Shown: positions 25,937 to 36,251, counted from the stretch's first letter. The stretch is 64,000 nucleotides of DNA from Nitrospirota bacterium (GCA_040756135.1 JBFLZS010000007.1:3072-67071), one strand, 5' to 3'. Translations and numbers: made by a program. The notes: generated from the letters alone by a model not told the origin.

Positions 25937-27258
25937 TTCTTCGTACCAGCCTCATCAAATAAAAGATAAAGCCCCTGTAGGGCATCACCGATATCGCGTC
26001 TCTCATTCATCCCCTGTTTCAGATATGTCTTCAATCTATCAACCATCCTTATTGCATAATCGACCTTTGGATTTGATCCTTCCTTGTAAGCGCCTAAATT
26101 GATCATGTCTTCAAATCTTCTGTATGTTGCCAATATCTCGATAAACTTAGATGCATATTCCTGGTGTTTAGTATCTGTTATGTCCGGCATTAACCTGCTT
26201 ATACTCCGAAGTATGTCTATCGAGGGATAATGATTTTCCATAGCAAGCTCCCTCGACAAAACAATATGTCCATCAAGCACAGCTTTTGCAGAATCTGCCA
26301 CAGGATCGGATAAATCATCTCCCTCTACCAGTACTGTATAAATGCCAGTAATGCTCCCCTCACCCTCAGATGTTCCGACCCTCTCGAGCAATTTGGGCAA
26401 GAGCGCAAAAACCGAAGGAGTGTACCCCTTAGATGTAGGAGGCTCTCCGATAGCCAGACCTATTTCACGTTGAGCCTGAGCAACACGGGTAAGCGAGTCC
26501 ATAAGGAGAAGAACATTCTCTCCCCTGTCTCTGAAATATTCTGCTATTGCTGTTGCGGCTAAGGCAGCCCTTACCTTTGCAAGCGGTGGCTGTTCTGATG
26601 TCGAAACAACAACCACCGATTTCTCTATCCCTTCTTTACCAAGATCCTTCTCAATGAATTCTCTGACCTCTCTTCCTCTTTCACCTATGAGAGCGATGAT
26701 ATTGATCGATGCCTCTGTATACTTTGCTATCATGCCTAAGAGAACACTCTTCCCCACTCCTGCAGCAGACATGATGCCTATTCTCTGACCTTTTCCACAT
26801 GTGAGGAGACCGTTTATTGCCCGAATCCCGAGATCTAAAGGTTCTGTAATCCTCCTTCTTTTCAGAGGATGTGGTGTTTGCGAAGCAAGGGGATAATCGC
26901 CTCCTCCAATAGTGCCTTTTCCATCCAGCGGTTCGCCACTGCCATTTATTACCCTGCCTTTAAGATGTGGCGAAACCCGTATTGAGACCTTCTTGCCGAT
27001 AGGTAAAACCCTGCTCCCGAGCCTGATCCCTACAAGGTCTCCAACAGCCATAAGCATAACCTTTCCATCCCTGAAACCTACAATATCTGCGTCCATTGAT
27101 AAATCATTTTCCGAGAAGATCCTGCATGACTCACCTATTGCTGCCTTAATCCCGGTTGCTTTTATTATGATTCCTGTGATCTCTGCAACCCTCCCGTAAA
27201 TCTTCATAGGATCTATACCAGAGACTGTGTTTATATAGGGTGATAAATCAATCTCCAC
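25933..27258 (-). CDS. fliI: Flagellum-specific ATPase FliI
   Basis: Walker A SAAGVGKSVLLGM and Walker B VLLLMDSLTR. F1-beta-like throughout. Confidence 0.96.
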   Translation of the reverse strand: MEIDLSPYINTVSGIDPMKIYGRVAEITGIIIKATGIKAAIGESCRIFSENDLSMDADIVGFRDGKVMLMAVGDLVGIRLGSRVLPIGKKVSIRVSPHLKGRVINGSGEPLDGKGTIGGGDYPLASQTPHPLKRRRITEPLDLGIRAINGLLTCGKGQRIGIMSAAGVGKSVLLGMIAKYTEASINIIALIGERGREVREFIEKDLGKEGIEKSVVVVSTSEQPPLAKVRAALAATAIAEYFRDRGENVLLLMDSLTRVAQAQREIGLAIGEPPTSKGYTPSVFALLPKLLERVGTSEGEGSITGIYTVLVEGDDLSDPVADSAKAVLDGHIVLSRELAMENHYPSIDILRSISRLMPDITDTKHQEYASKFIEILATYRRFEDMINLGAYKEGSNPKVDYAIRMVDRLKTYLKQGMNERRDIGDALQGLYLLFDEAGTKK

Positions 27259-27859
27259 TCAGTCTCTCTCCCATCTCTTTTATGAGATTTTTCAATTGGA
27301 CATCTACGTCTGTCACTATATCTTCCGAAGGGCTCATAACAACGGTTCCATGAAGCGGAACAGATGGGTCAACATCAAAGACTATATCATGATGAATGCT
27401 CAGGATTTCCGGTTTATGTTTCATAAAAAGGTCATAGAGTGAAGAATTTATCTTTATACAGATCTGGCCTGTCCTCTCAAGCTTCATTAAGGCTTCTTTT
27501 GTTATCTCAACAATCTCATCAGGGTTTATTGTTAACTCCCGCAGGATAATCTTTCTGGCAACACTGACAGCAAGCTCAATAAATTGTGGTTCGATCTCTG
27601 TTATTAATTTTCTTCTGAGGGTCGTCAGTTCTTTGATGAGGCTTTCAATCTTATCTATCAGAACCATTGCCTTCTGTTCGCCCATACTAAAGCCTGCTTT
27701 TTCACCTGCCTCAAACCCCTTTTCATAGGCTTCCCTTTCAATACTCTCAATATTCTGAGTCCCTGATAAAGTATCGGGAGAACCCACACGCATTTTTAAT
27801 GTAGGCATATCAAAAGGCGTAACACCCTTATTCTGTATGATCCGATGCTTAGACAACAA
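27248..27859 (-). CDS. fliH: Flagellar assembly protein FliH
   Basis: Positioned between fliG and fliI, overlapping both. The segment EAYEKGFEAGEKAGFSMGEQK is typical of FliH/YscL. Confidence 0.8.
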   Translation of the reverse strand: MLSKHRIIQNKGVTPFDMPTLKMRVGSPDTLSGTQNIESIEREAYEKGFEAGEKAGFSMGEQKAMVLIDKIESLIKELTTLRRKLITEIEPQFIELAVSVARKIILRELTINPDEIVEITKEALMKLERTGQICIKINSSLYDLFMKHKPEILSIHHDIVFDVDPSVPLHGTVVMSPSEDIVTDVDVQLKNLIKEMGERLSGD

Positions 27860-28832
27860 TTTCTTCTCCGCCCCTGCTCCCTATGACGATCTTTCCCTCT
27901 GCTTCTAATCTCCGTGCAATCTTAACGATATTCTGCTGAGACTTCTCCACATCTGATAACCTCACAGGCCCTTTTGCCTGCATTTCTTCCTTGAGTATCT
28001 GAGCCGCCCTCTGGGACATATTCTTAAATATCTTTTCCTTCAAAGCCTCAGAGGCTGTCTTTAGCGCAAGGGTAAGTTCTTCTGTACTAATTTCTTTCAA
28101 TATCATCTGTATGCCCCTATCATCCACCTTTACGAGATCATCGAATACAAACATAAGCTTTCTGATAGAATCAGCGATCTCGGCTTTTTGCTCCTCGATT
28201 TTTTCAAGGACCATCTGTTCTGTAGACCTATCGCAGTGGTTCAATATTTCAGCAATCGTTCTTGTACCGCCGAGCTTTTTCCCCTTTCCCATACTGAGAT
28301 CAATCTGTCCTTTGAGAACATCCTTGAGTTCTTCGATTGCGCTTTCAGGTATCATCTCGGTTGATGCTATCCTCATTGCGACATCAGTCTTTAAATCACC
28401 CGGCAACAAAGACATGACTTCTGCAGCCTGCACAGGTTCAAGCAAAGAAATAATCAGTGCTGCTGTCTGTGGGTGTTCTGCCAGTAGAAAATTGGAAAGG
28501 GTCTTGGGATCAACCCATTTGAGTGAATCAAGAGGGCCTTCCTTCGAAGCAATTTCCATGATTTTTGATGCACCTTCTTCTCCAAGTCCTTTTGAAAGAA
28601 CCTTCTTTACAAATTCTTCACCGCCTAAATACATATTTCCTGTTGTTACTATTTCAGATGCTTCTTTCAGGACTTCGTCAACTGTTGCCCGATGAACGCT
28701 CTTTAGCCTTGTCATATGCATAGTAAGCGTTCCTACATCACGAACGTTGAGATTCCTGATAATCTCAGATGCACCTTCTTCTCCTAAGGAAATCAAGAAT
28801 ATAGCTGCCTTCTCGTATCCACTCAGGGCCAT
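27849..28832 (-). CDS. fliG: Flagellar motor switch protein FliG
   Basis: GYEKAAIFLISLGEE at the N-terminus, MFVFDDL motif, C-terminal torque-helix region. Confidence 0.95.
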   Translation of the reverse strand: MALSGYEKAAIFLISLGEEGASEIIRNLNVRDVGTLTMHMTRLKSVHRATVDEVLKEASEIVTTGNMYLGGEEFVKKVLSKGLGEEGASKIMEIASKEGPLDSLKWVDPKTLSNFLLAEHPQTAALIISLLEPVQAAEVMSLLPGDLKTDVAMRIASTEMIPESAIEELKDVLKGQIDLSMGKGKKLGGTRTIAEILNHCDRSTEQMVLEKIEEQKAEIADSIRKLMFVFDDLVKVDDRGIQMILKEISTEELTLALKTASEALKEKIFKNMSQRAAQILKEEMQAKGPVRLSDVEKSQQNIVKIARRLEAEGKIVIGSRGGEEIVV

Positions 28833-30365
28833 TTACTTCTCCTCAATCCAGTTTTTAATAAGATTAGACGCATCTTTTGGATTTTTCCGTGCCCAATCGA
28901 TAACATTTCTACCCATTGGTTGTCCGGTCTCTAAAGTCTTCTCTATTTCTGCTACTGTCTGAGGCAATTGCAAAGGAGTTCGCTGAGCACCTGATCCAGC
29001 GCTCAATGACCTTATCATTGGTTTGATTACAAAGATAAACAAAAGAAGCACTGCTATGAGCGGAACGATGTATTTAGCGGCTGTAAGGATAATTGGCATA
29101 ATCTCTTTTTTAGGCCCGGGTAACTCCTCTTGAGATGTTGCTTCAAATGGCATATTTACAACCTTCACCTCGTCACCCCTGTCAGCGGTAAATCCTATAG
29201 CCTTTTTCACCATATCCTCGAACTGTTTGAGATCCTCCTCAGCACGAGGGGTATATTGCTTTTCCTTTGAACCCTGCTGAGCAGTATAAGTACCATCGAC
29301 CAGAACTGCTGCTGATATCCTCTTCAGCTCCCCCGGTGTGTTGATGATGTGACTTGTTATCCTGCTTATCTCATAGTTAATGACCTCGTTTTTCTTTTCT
29401 GACTGTCCCTGATTTGAAGCTACCTGAGTTCCTGTCTTGCCAGGAAGGTTTGAAGATACACCGGGAGCTCCGCCAGTTGTTCCGGTAAGTGACTTCTCCA
29501 TATTTTTCTGTTCACTTCTAACAACCTGGCTGTCAGGATCAAACCTCTCTTCTGTCTTTTCTATTCTTGTGAAATCCAGAGCAGCAGTAACCCTGGACCT
29601 TACCTTGCCTTTTCCAGCAACAGGCTCAAGGATCCCGATTATCCTGTTTTCCATTTCTTTTTCGAAATTTCGTTGATATTCTAACTGGTCCCTGGACATT
29701 CCGATTGTGTCGTCACCAGCCTCTTTTGTAAGCATCTCACCCCGCTGATCAACGACCGAAACATCTTTTGGGTTCAGTCCTTCTACACTACTTGAAACGA
29801 GATGCACTATCCCCTGAATCTGGCCCTGGGATAAACTCCTTCCCTGTTTCAACCTCACAAGAACAGATGCCTTTGGCCTCTCATCCTCTTTTGCAAACAA
29901 CGACTTTTCAGGCACTGCAAGGTGTACTCTGCACTGCTCCACCTCAGAGAGAGATCTTATTGTACGTGCAAGTTCTCCTTGTAATGCCCTCCTGTAATTT
30001 AATTTCTGGACAAAATCAGTCATTGTAAAATTGGCCCTGTCAAAAAGTTCGAATCCAACACTTCCACCTTGGGGAAGTCCCTGACTTGCCATCTGGAGCC
30101 TGAGTTCATACACTTTATCAGAGGGGACCGATATCCCTCCTGTAGATGTTTTATAGGGGATTTTTTGTCCTTTTAGTTTCTCAATAATCAACCCCGCATC
30201 TTCATCGCTCAGGTTTGAATAGAGGATTTGATAATCAGCTTTTTGTAACCATGAAAACAAGAGGATAAGAGAAGTTATTATAAGTATAAGAACACAAAGA
30301 AGCATCATCTTATTTTTTGCAGGCATTGCCATTATATTTTCAGTTATGGTAGCAATGCTGGCCAT
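28833..30365 (-). CDS. fliF: Flagellar MS-ring protein FliF
   Basis: N-terminal TM, YscJ/FliF domain (LYSNLSDEDAGLIIEKLKGQKIPY), second TM near the C-terminus. Confidence 0.95.
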   Translation of the reverse strand: MASIATITENIMAMPAKNKMMLLCVLILIITSLILLFSWLQKADYQILYSNLSDEDAGLIIEKLKGQKIPYKTSTGGISVPSDKVYELRLQMASQGLPQGGSVGFELFDRANFTMTDFVQKLNYRRALQGELARTIRSLSEVEQCRVHLAVPEKSLFAKEDERPKASVLVRLKQGRSLSQGQIQGIVHLVSSSVEGLNPKDVSVVDQRGEMLTKEAGDDTIGMSRDQLEYQRNFEKEMENRIIGILEPVAGKGKVRSRVTAALDFTRIEKTEERFDPDSQVVRSEQKNMEKSLTGTTGGAPGVSSNLPGKTGTQVASNQGQSEKKNEVINYEISRITSHIINTPGELKRISAAVLVDGTYTAQQGSKEKQYTPRAEEDLKQFEDMVKKAIGFTADRGDEVKVVNMPFEATSQEELPGPKKEIMPIILTAAKYIVPLIAVLLLFIFVIKPMIRSLSAGSGAQRTPLQLPQTVAEIEKTLETGQPMGRNVIDWARKNPKDASNLIKNWIEEK

Positions 30366-30677
30366 TTATACCTGCATCCTCATGATCTCTTCATAGGCGC
30401 TCAACAGCTTATTCCTCACCTCAACCATCAAATTAAAAGACATGTCTGCTTTCTCCATAGCTATAATCGCCTGGGTTATATCACCGCCTGACGCCAATTC
30501 TTTGACAGCTTTTTCAGCATCGTTCTGCACCAGATAAATCTTACCAACGGCCTCATGCAATATATCGTCAAATCCCTGAGCTGAAGCCTTGCTGTCAGCC
30601 TTAACCTGTAATCCCCCCTCGCCCCCCTTTAGTAAAGGGGGGGTGGTGGGATTATTCGCAATCCTCATATCAGACAT
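30366..30677 (-). CDS. fliE: Flagellar hook-basal body protein FliE
   Basis: C-terminal AIIAMEKADMSFNLMVEVRNKLLSAYEEIMRMQV. Positioned upstream of fliF. Confidence 0.85.
   Translation of the reverse strand: MSDMRIANNPTTPPLLKGGEGGLQVKADSKASAQGFDDILHEAVGKIYLVQNDAEKAVKELASGGDITQAIIAMEKADMSFNLMVEVRNKLLSAYEEIMRMQV
30610..30653. repeat. Family B-prime 44-bp palindrome in frame near the FliE N-terminus
   Basis: aatcccccctcgcccccctttagtaaagggggggtggtgggatt, translated as NNPTTPPLLKGGEGGLQ. Confidence 0.85.
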
Positions 30678-30769
30678 TATTGTCCCTCCAATTTAAGAGT
30701 CTTTATTTAGATTTTTAAAATATTTTTATGTCTTTCTTTGTGCCCTCTGTGTTCTCTAGTGGTTAATTA

Positions 30770-30903
30770 CTGTCTGTGTATAAACTAATAATTAAGTTAT
30801 CCGTCATTCCCCGACTTGATCGGGGAATCCAGTGTTTTCAAAGACCTATGGATTGTCCGGTCAAGCCGGACAATGACAAACCCCGACTTTATACACAGAC
30901 TCT
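30770..30903. mobile_element. Family A MITE-like element, full length (good reference copy)
   Basis: ctgtctgtgtataaac ... gtcattccccgacttgatcggggaatccag ... ggattgtccggtcaagccggacaatgac ... actttatacacagactct. Confidence 0.85.
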
Positions 30904-30929
30904 AATTAAGTTTTTGTTCTTACCGGGCA

Positions 30930-31343
30930 TTACTGCCTCCCTATTTCGAGGGTTTTCATAAACATCGCCTTGGATATATTGAAGGCTGAAACAGATGCCT
31001 CGTATGTTCTTAAGGCCATCATCATATTTACCATCTCCTCAATAATATTGACATTCGGCATAGCAACATATCCGTCTTTATCAGCATCGGGATGGTCGGG
31101 GTCGTATACCATCTTAAAGGGGGTATTATCTTTTGCGATATCAACAACCTGCACACCCTCGAGTTTAACCGGATTTAGCTCCAATGTCAGTGTTGAGAAG
31201 ACTACGTCTTTTCTCTTATAGGGACCTCCCTCTTCTGTTCTTGTGGAATGTACATTTGCCATGTTGGATGCAATGACATTCATTCTCTGCCGTTGGGCCT
31301 CAAGGGCTGAAGCACTCACTCTAAAAACAATGAACGTATTCAT
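30930..31343 (-). CDS. flgC: Flagellar basal-body rod protein FlgC
   Basis: SASALEAQRQRMNVIASNMANV and a C-terminal VNIIEEMVNMMMALRTYEA. Confidence 0.93.
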   Translation of the reverse strand: MNTFIVFRVSASALEAQRQRMNVIASNMANVHSTRTEEGGPYKRKDVVFSTLTLELNPVKLEGVQVVDIAKDNTPFKMVYDPDHPDADKDGYVAMPNVNIIEEMVNMMMALRTYEASVSAFNISKAMFMKTLEIGRQ

Positions 31344-31344
31344 T

Positions 31345-31704
31345 CTACCTCCTCAAAGCGTTCTTAAACATCCGTATCTTTGTTGTGAACATTGAAATCC
31401 CTGCCTGAAAAAGCATAGCGTTCTCTGTCATCTTTGCAACTTCCATATCAAGCTCTACATTGTTTCCATCTGCCCACGTATTTGATGTTTCGATCTTTAT
31501 TTCATCTGACATACTATTGTCTGTAGTTTTTATATGCTTAGGATCTGTTGTCCTGAGTTCCATTTCAGCATCGAGGGCCTGCTTAAATTTCATGTCCTTT
31601 GTCTTGTAATTCGGGGTATCAGCGTTTGCAATATTAGAGGTAAGGACTCCATGTCTCATATTGGTAAAATGTATGAGTTGTTTTAAGATATCAAAACCGT
31701 CCAT
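31345..31704 (-). CDS. flgB: Flagellar basal-body rod protein FlgB
   Basis: LTSNIANADTPNYK motif and a C-terminal MLFQAGISMFTTKIRMFKNAL. Confidence 0.9.
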   Translation of the reverse strand: MDGFDILKQLIHFTNMRHGVLTSNIANADTPNYKTKDMKFKQALDAEMELRTTDPKHIKTTDNSMSDEIKIETSNTWADGNNVELDMEVAKMTENAMLFQAGISMFTTKIRMFKNALRR

Positions 31705-31715
31705 TCACATTCTCC

Positions 31716-32993
31716 TTATAGTGCTTTGTAAGCCTTCAATTTATTCCTTATAGTCCTTACACTTACACCTAATATCTTTGCTGCCTTCGTCTTATTCCCG
31801 TTAACATCATTCAATGTCTGCATGATAAGATCCTTCTCCATGTCCTTAATCTTTCCGCCAGGGCATGCCTTTGACATCTCATCTTCCAGCATAAGGTCTT
31901 CGATATCAATAGTCTCATCTTTGCAGAGGAATACAGCTCTCTGGATGGTATTCTCCAGTTCTCTGATATTCCCGTACCATGGCCTATTCTTAATAAGGTC
32001 CATCCCTTCTACCGAAAACCCTTGAATTTTTTTGCCTGCAAGGTTTGAGAATTTCTCAAGAAAATATGATGCAAGAATCGTTATATCATCTGACCTTTCC
32101 CTGAGAGGGGGGACTTTCAAAGGAAATACATTGAGTCTGTAATACAGGTCTTCTTTAAAACGCCCCTCAATGCATTCCTTTTTCAGATCTCTGTTGGTTG
32201 TGGCTATTACCCTGACATCCACCTGTACGGGTTCTTTCCCGCCAACCCTGTCTATCTCTCTTTCCTGCAAGACCCTGAGGAGTTTTGCCTGAAGTGCCAT
32301 TGACATTTCTCCAATCTCGTCAAGGAGGATAGTTCCACCATTTGCAAACTCGAATTTCCCTTTTTTCTTTTCTATTGCGCCTGTAAACGCCCCTTTTTCG
32401 TGACCGAACAGTTCGGATTCAAGAAGGTTATCTGGTATGGCAGCACAATTGACAGCAACAAATGGTTTATCTGCCCTTTTACTGAGTCTGTGTATGTATC
32501 GTGCAAGAAGTTCTTTCCCGGTTCCGCTTTCGCCATAGATCAACACAGTGATGTCACTCGCTGCAAGGTTTCCCGCAATATCTATAATCTTCTTCATCTC
32601 AGGATCAGCAGTCAGGATGTCTTTCTCGTTCTTAGTCCTTAACATGATGGACTCGACCATCTCCTTGAGGGTATCGAAAGAAAAAGGCTTTAAGAGATAA
32701 TCTGCCGCGCCCTCTTTCATTGTCTTTACTGCGTTCTCAATCGTTCCGAAGCCTGTAATAACAAGGACAGGAAGATTCCCAACCCTGCATCGAATCTCCT
32801 TGAGCAGTTCAAGCCCGTTCATCCTTGGCATCTTCATATCCGTCACGACTAATGCATAATCCGATTGGTTCAGTTTTTCGATCGCACTCCTTCCACTGTC
32901 ACACAGAACCGTATTATAACCAAGCCTCTGTATTGCCTCATTAAGTGCTAATCTCATCTGAAGGTCGTCATCTACGATTAACACAGGTTTCAT
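31716..32993 (-). CDS. Sigma-54-dependent two-component response regulator (FlgR/FlrC-like)
   Basis: Receiver ([17 protein letters not shown]), AAA+ domain ([14 protein letters not shown]), Fis-type HTH. Lies immediately upstream of flgB. Confidence 0.9.
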   Translation of the reverse strand: MKPVLIVDDDLQMRLALNEAIQRLGYNTVLCDSGRSAIEKLNQSDYALVVTDMKMPRMNGLELLKEIRCRVGNLPVLVITGFGTIENAVKTMKEGAADYLLKPFSFDTLKEMVESIMLRTKNEKDILTADPEMKKIIDIAGNLAASDITVLIYGESGTGKELLARYIHRLSKRADKPFVAVNCAAIPDNLLESELFGHEKGAFTGAIEKKKGKFEFANGGTILLDEIGEMSMALQAKLLRVLQEREIDRVGGKEPVQVDVRVIATTNRDLKKECIEGRFKEDLYYRLNVFPLKVPPLRERSDDITILASYFLEKFSNLAGKKIQGFSVEGMDLIKNRPWYGNIRELENTIQRAVFLCKDETIDIEDLMLEDEMSKACPGGKIKDMEKDLIMQTLNDVNGNKTKAAKILGVSVRTIRNKLKAYKAL

Positions 32994-33121
32994 TCATCCT
33001 CCTTTTGAGGGAAAAGGTATTGTCAAAAGTTTTTAAGTAAACTCTTAAAATACTTTTTATTTTCAATAGGTTGTTTCAAAATAACCTACCTCCCCCCCTA
33101 TAACATGGTATTTTTAAACAA

Positions 33122-33172
33122 CCGCTGGCTTGTAAAACCTCATCTACTTGAGACGCAATCTAAAGCCAGCGG
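33122..33172. other. 9-bp perfect inverted repeat with 33-nt spacer in the kinase-regulator gap
   Basis: ccgctggct (33122-33130) and agccagcgg (33164-33172). Confidence 0.5.
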
Positions 33173-33261
33173 AACTGTAACCCCTTGTCTTTCCAGATTC
33201 TTTTTAGTACCGATAAACCTTTTTAATTGGTAAAGACGTACAGGTTTAGCATTAAATGTTT

Positions 33262-34437
33262 TTATAAATTACTCCCTTTTTTCATATAGGTTTTGACATT
33301 ATCAGGGAAAAACAGGCTGAATGTACTCCCTTTTCCCACTTCACTCTTTACTTTTATATATCCACCATGGCCCTGCATTATCATTGCTGCAATGGCAAGG
33401 CCAAGACCAGTGCCTGTATCTTTTGTGCTGAAAAAAGGATTGAATATCTTCTCAATATACTCTTGCTTTATACCATCACCGGTGTCTCTCAGGTCAACGA
33501 TAATACCTTTTTCGTCCTTTCTCATTGTTATATCTATTCTTCCTGCTTCATGCATGGACTGAATTGCATTGATGATAATATTGATAAAAACCTGCTTTAA
33601 GAGTTCTGCATCACCCAGGATTTCATAATCGAAAATCGTTTGTTTCAACTGTATCTTTCTCGACTCCATCAGCAGTTTGAACATCAGGGTGGAATCTTCT
33701 ATCACTCCTAATAGATTGATCCTCTTCATAAGAGGCTCATGTGGTCTTGCAAAAAAGAGCATATTTTTAAGGATGTTATTGAGATTGCTGATGCCTGTTG
33801 AGATACCTCTGGCAAGCTCCTTATGAGCCGGATCAACGATATCCTTTTCAAGCATGCTGGCGAATAATTCTATGCTGCACAAGGGATTTCGTATCTCATG
33901 TACTATCTTTGCCGACATCTCACCCATTGCAATCAATCTCTGATTTCTTTCCTGCTGGACCTCCAACTCCTTTAGCCTCGTGATGTCCTTTATGAGTACC
34001 ACGCTTCCCTTCAGATAACCATCAGTATGAATCACCTGAGATTTAGAGAGGATGATATTGTATTCCTTTCCGTTTACATGCAAAAAAGTTTCCGAACCAT
34101 TTTCCGTTACAGAGAACGGGAGGCGCCTGAATTTCCTGCCAATAGCGTCAACAGGATTCAGGTCAAGAAGCTTTTCTGCTGACCTGTTAATCATGGTCAC
34201 CGTATCTTCTGGATCAGTAACGATGATTGCCTCCTCAAGATTGTAAAGGATTGCTTTCAGGTACTCCCTGTTTTTTTCTGCATCGGCAAGGGCATCATTC
34301 AGCTGTTTATTCTTTATCTCAAGTTCTGTTGTAAGATATTGGACCCTTTCCCGGAGCAGATCATAAGACGTCTCGAGGCTTTTTGAGGCTATCGTGAAAT
34401 TCTGAAATGCCTTATTGAGACACTCTACATCCATCAA
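33262..34437 (-). CDS. Cytoplasmic PAS-domain sensor histidine kinase (FlgS/FlrB-like)
   Basis: Coiled coil plus PAS (LEEAIIVTDPEDTVTMINRSAEKLL), H box AKIVHEIRNPL, N box NIIINAIQS, G boxes DTGDGI and GTGLGLAI. No TM segment seen. Confidence 0.88.
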   Translation of the reverse strand: MMDVECLNKAFQNFTIASKSLETSYDLLRERVQYLTTELEIKNKQLNDALADAEKNREYLKAILYNLEEAIIVTDPEDTVTMINRSAEKLLDLNPVDAIGRKFRRLPFSVTENGSETFLHVNGKEYNIILSKSQVIHTDGYLKGSVVLIKDITRLKELEVQQERNQRLIAMGEMSAKIVHEIRNPLCSIELFASMLEKDIVDPAHKELARGISTGISNLNNILKNMLFFARPHEPLMKRINLLGVIEDSTLMFKLLMESRKIQLKQTIFDYEILGDAELLKQVFINIIINAIQSMHEAGRIDITMRKDEKGIIVDLRDTGDGIKQEYIEKIFNPFFSTKDTGTGLGLAIAAMIMQGHGGYIKVKSEVGKGSTFSLFFPDNVKTYMKKGSNL

Positions 34438-36239
34438 AAAACCCTTTTCATCCTCTCTAAAATATCCGATTCCTTTACTGCTGTTTCAGCAGATCTGCTG
34501 AATAAATTGTTTCCTGTCTGAATACCTGACGGCAATGAAGCAGAATTTTTCCCGTGGGAAAGCTTTGATACCATATAGTAGGTCCATCCAGTATCATTTT
34601 GTGTCAGATCTTTTCTATTCTCAGGTTTCAAGGAGGCTACAATACTGTAAAACTTAAGTGCGTCTGATTCTCTTCCCATCCCATATAAGGTATCTGCTAA
34701 CTTGATGTAAACCTTCAATGGCGCCCCAACCTGAATCAAGGATTTCTCACAGAATGCAACCGCCTTATCTTTATCTTTTGCATGTTCCAGAAGATCAGAA
34801 AAAAAGACAATATCATCCGGTCTTAACTCCTTAAGGGAGAGGATCTCCTGGATAGCCTTCTGATCTTCTTTTTTCTCTTTATATATCTTGGCTCTGATGC
34901 GCAAGATGTCATCAGTATTTCCCTTTATCCCCTGTATGTATGTTGATGCCATTGCTGTATCTCCTATATTTACATAAAAATTTGCAAGTGACAGGGAGCA
35001 CTCAGCCTTTGCATCATTTGGCCCATTCTTTAATAGCCATTTACAGAGATCGATGAACGGCCTTCCTGACGACCTCAACCCCTTTGAGATTTCTACAAGA
35101 GCTTGCGCCCTCGATGGGTCCATGAGAAAGTGTTTAAAAAAATCCCAGAGTTTTAGCAATTCATCACTGTTTTTATTTTTTGCCTCAAGGATAAGCGTTT
35201 CGAATTCATCAATAGCATCTTTACCCGGATCGCGCCTGGATGCCAGTTCCTTCAGTAATAAAACAGATTCCTTGATCTTCCCTTCATCCCTGTAAAGACG
35301 TGACAGCATCAATAGTGCGGTATCGTATTCCTTACCATATGGATACTTATTTCTAATCTCTATAAGAAGGGGGCGTGCGTCTTCTTTCTTCCCTTTTTTT
35401 AAATATGCATCCGCAAGAAGTAAGAGTGCCTCACGCTTAAGTTGCCTGTGTGATATATCTAATGCAGAATGAAGGTACTTGAAAGCAGCATCATAGTTTT
35501 CTTCTTCCATGGCGACGAGACCCAGACCGATGTTTGCCTTCTTTTTAAAGAATGGGTCTTCTATGGAATTGTAATAAATTTTTGCATCATTGGATTTCCC
35601 CATGAGCCTGAGGTTTTCGGCAATGTTATAGAGGGTTTCTTGTGAGGACTTAAGAAATTCTCTGTCTTGTTCAATCGTTGACGTGTATAAGGTATATGCG
35701 TTTTTTATTTGCCCCATAGATTGATAGGCGTTCGCTTTTCCGAAAAGTGCATGTGATGAATTGCCTGACTTTTCATAATGAAGCACAGCTTCAGTGAACA
35801 TCCCCTGGTGATAGAGGGAATCTGCAAGTCCCAAATGGACTCTTTCAAAATATTGGGAATCGGGATGCTGTTTCAGGAATAACCTGAAACAGATGGTCGC
35901 TTCAGGGTAAAACCCTATCATAAGATAAGCTTCTGCCCTTTCGAGCAAAGTGAGTTCTTTCATTTCACCATCAGGAGCATAAACATAGGCTAATCTGTAA
36001 TGTGATAGGGACTCTTGTTGTTTCCCTGAAATTTCATTTGCCTTTGCATAAGCATAGTGGTAGAGAGAAAGCTCTTCTGCAGAAGGGCGATAGGTCGAGA
36101 GTATTTGGAGTGCTTCTACAATTTTTTTTGCCTTTACAAGCTCTGTCACCTTTTTGAGAGTCGGTGATTCAGGAATGCTGTTATATGCATTTGCCTGTAT
36201 GGGAAAAAGCAGGAATAGTATAATTATGAATATCCTCAT
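34434..36239 (-). CDS. Secreted TPR-repeat protein
   Basis: Signal peptide MRIFIIILFLLFPIQANA and multiple TPR-like A..Y....A motifs. Overlaps the kinase start by 4 nt. Confidence 0.8.
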   Translation of the reverse strand: MRIFIIILFLLFPIQANAYNSIPESPTLKKVTELVKAKKIVEALQILSTYRPSAEELSLYHYAYAKANEISGKQQESLSHYRLAYVYAPDGEMKELTLLERAEAYLMIGFYPEATICFRLFLKQHPDSQYFERVHLGLADSLYHQGMFTEAVLHYEKSGNSSHALFGKANAYQSMGQIKNAYTLYTSTIEQDREFLKSSQETLYNIAENLRLMGKSNDAKIYYNSIEDPFFKKKANIGLGLVAMEEENYDAAFKYLHSALDISHRQLKREALLLLADAYLKKGKKEDARPLLIEIRNKYPYGKEYDTALLMLSRLYRDEGKIKESVLLLKELASRRDPGKDAIDEFETLILEAKNKNSDELLKLWDFFKHFLMDPSRAQALVEISKGLRSSGRPFIDLCKWLLKNGPNDAKAECSLSLANFYVNIGDTAMASTYIQGIKGNTDDILRIRAKIYKEKKEDQKAIQEILSLKELRPDDIVFFSDLLEHAKDKDKAVAFCEKSLIQVGAPLKVYIKLADTLYGMGRESDALKFYSIVASLKPENRKDLTQNDTGWTYYMVSKLSHGKNSASLPSGIQTGNNLFSRSAETAVKESDILERMKRVF

Positions 36240-36251
36240 GACTTATTTTTC

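Noticed and set aside
33155-33169. Sigma-54-like TGGCTT-tttaga-TTGC on the minus strand upstream of the flgR-like gene.
   Set aside because: The spacing is one nucleotide too short. It is part of the inverted repeat reported separately.
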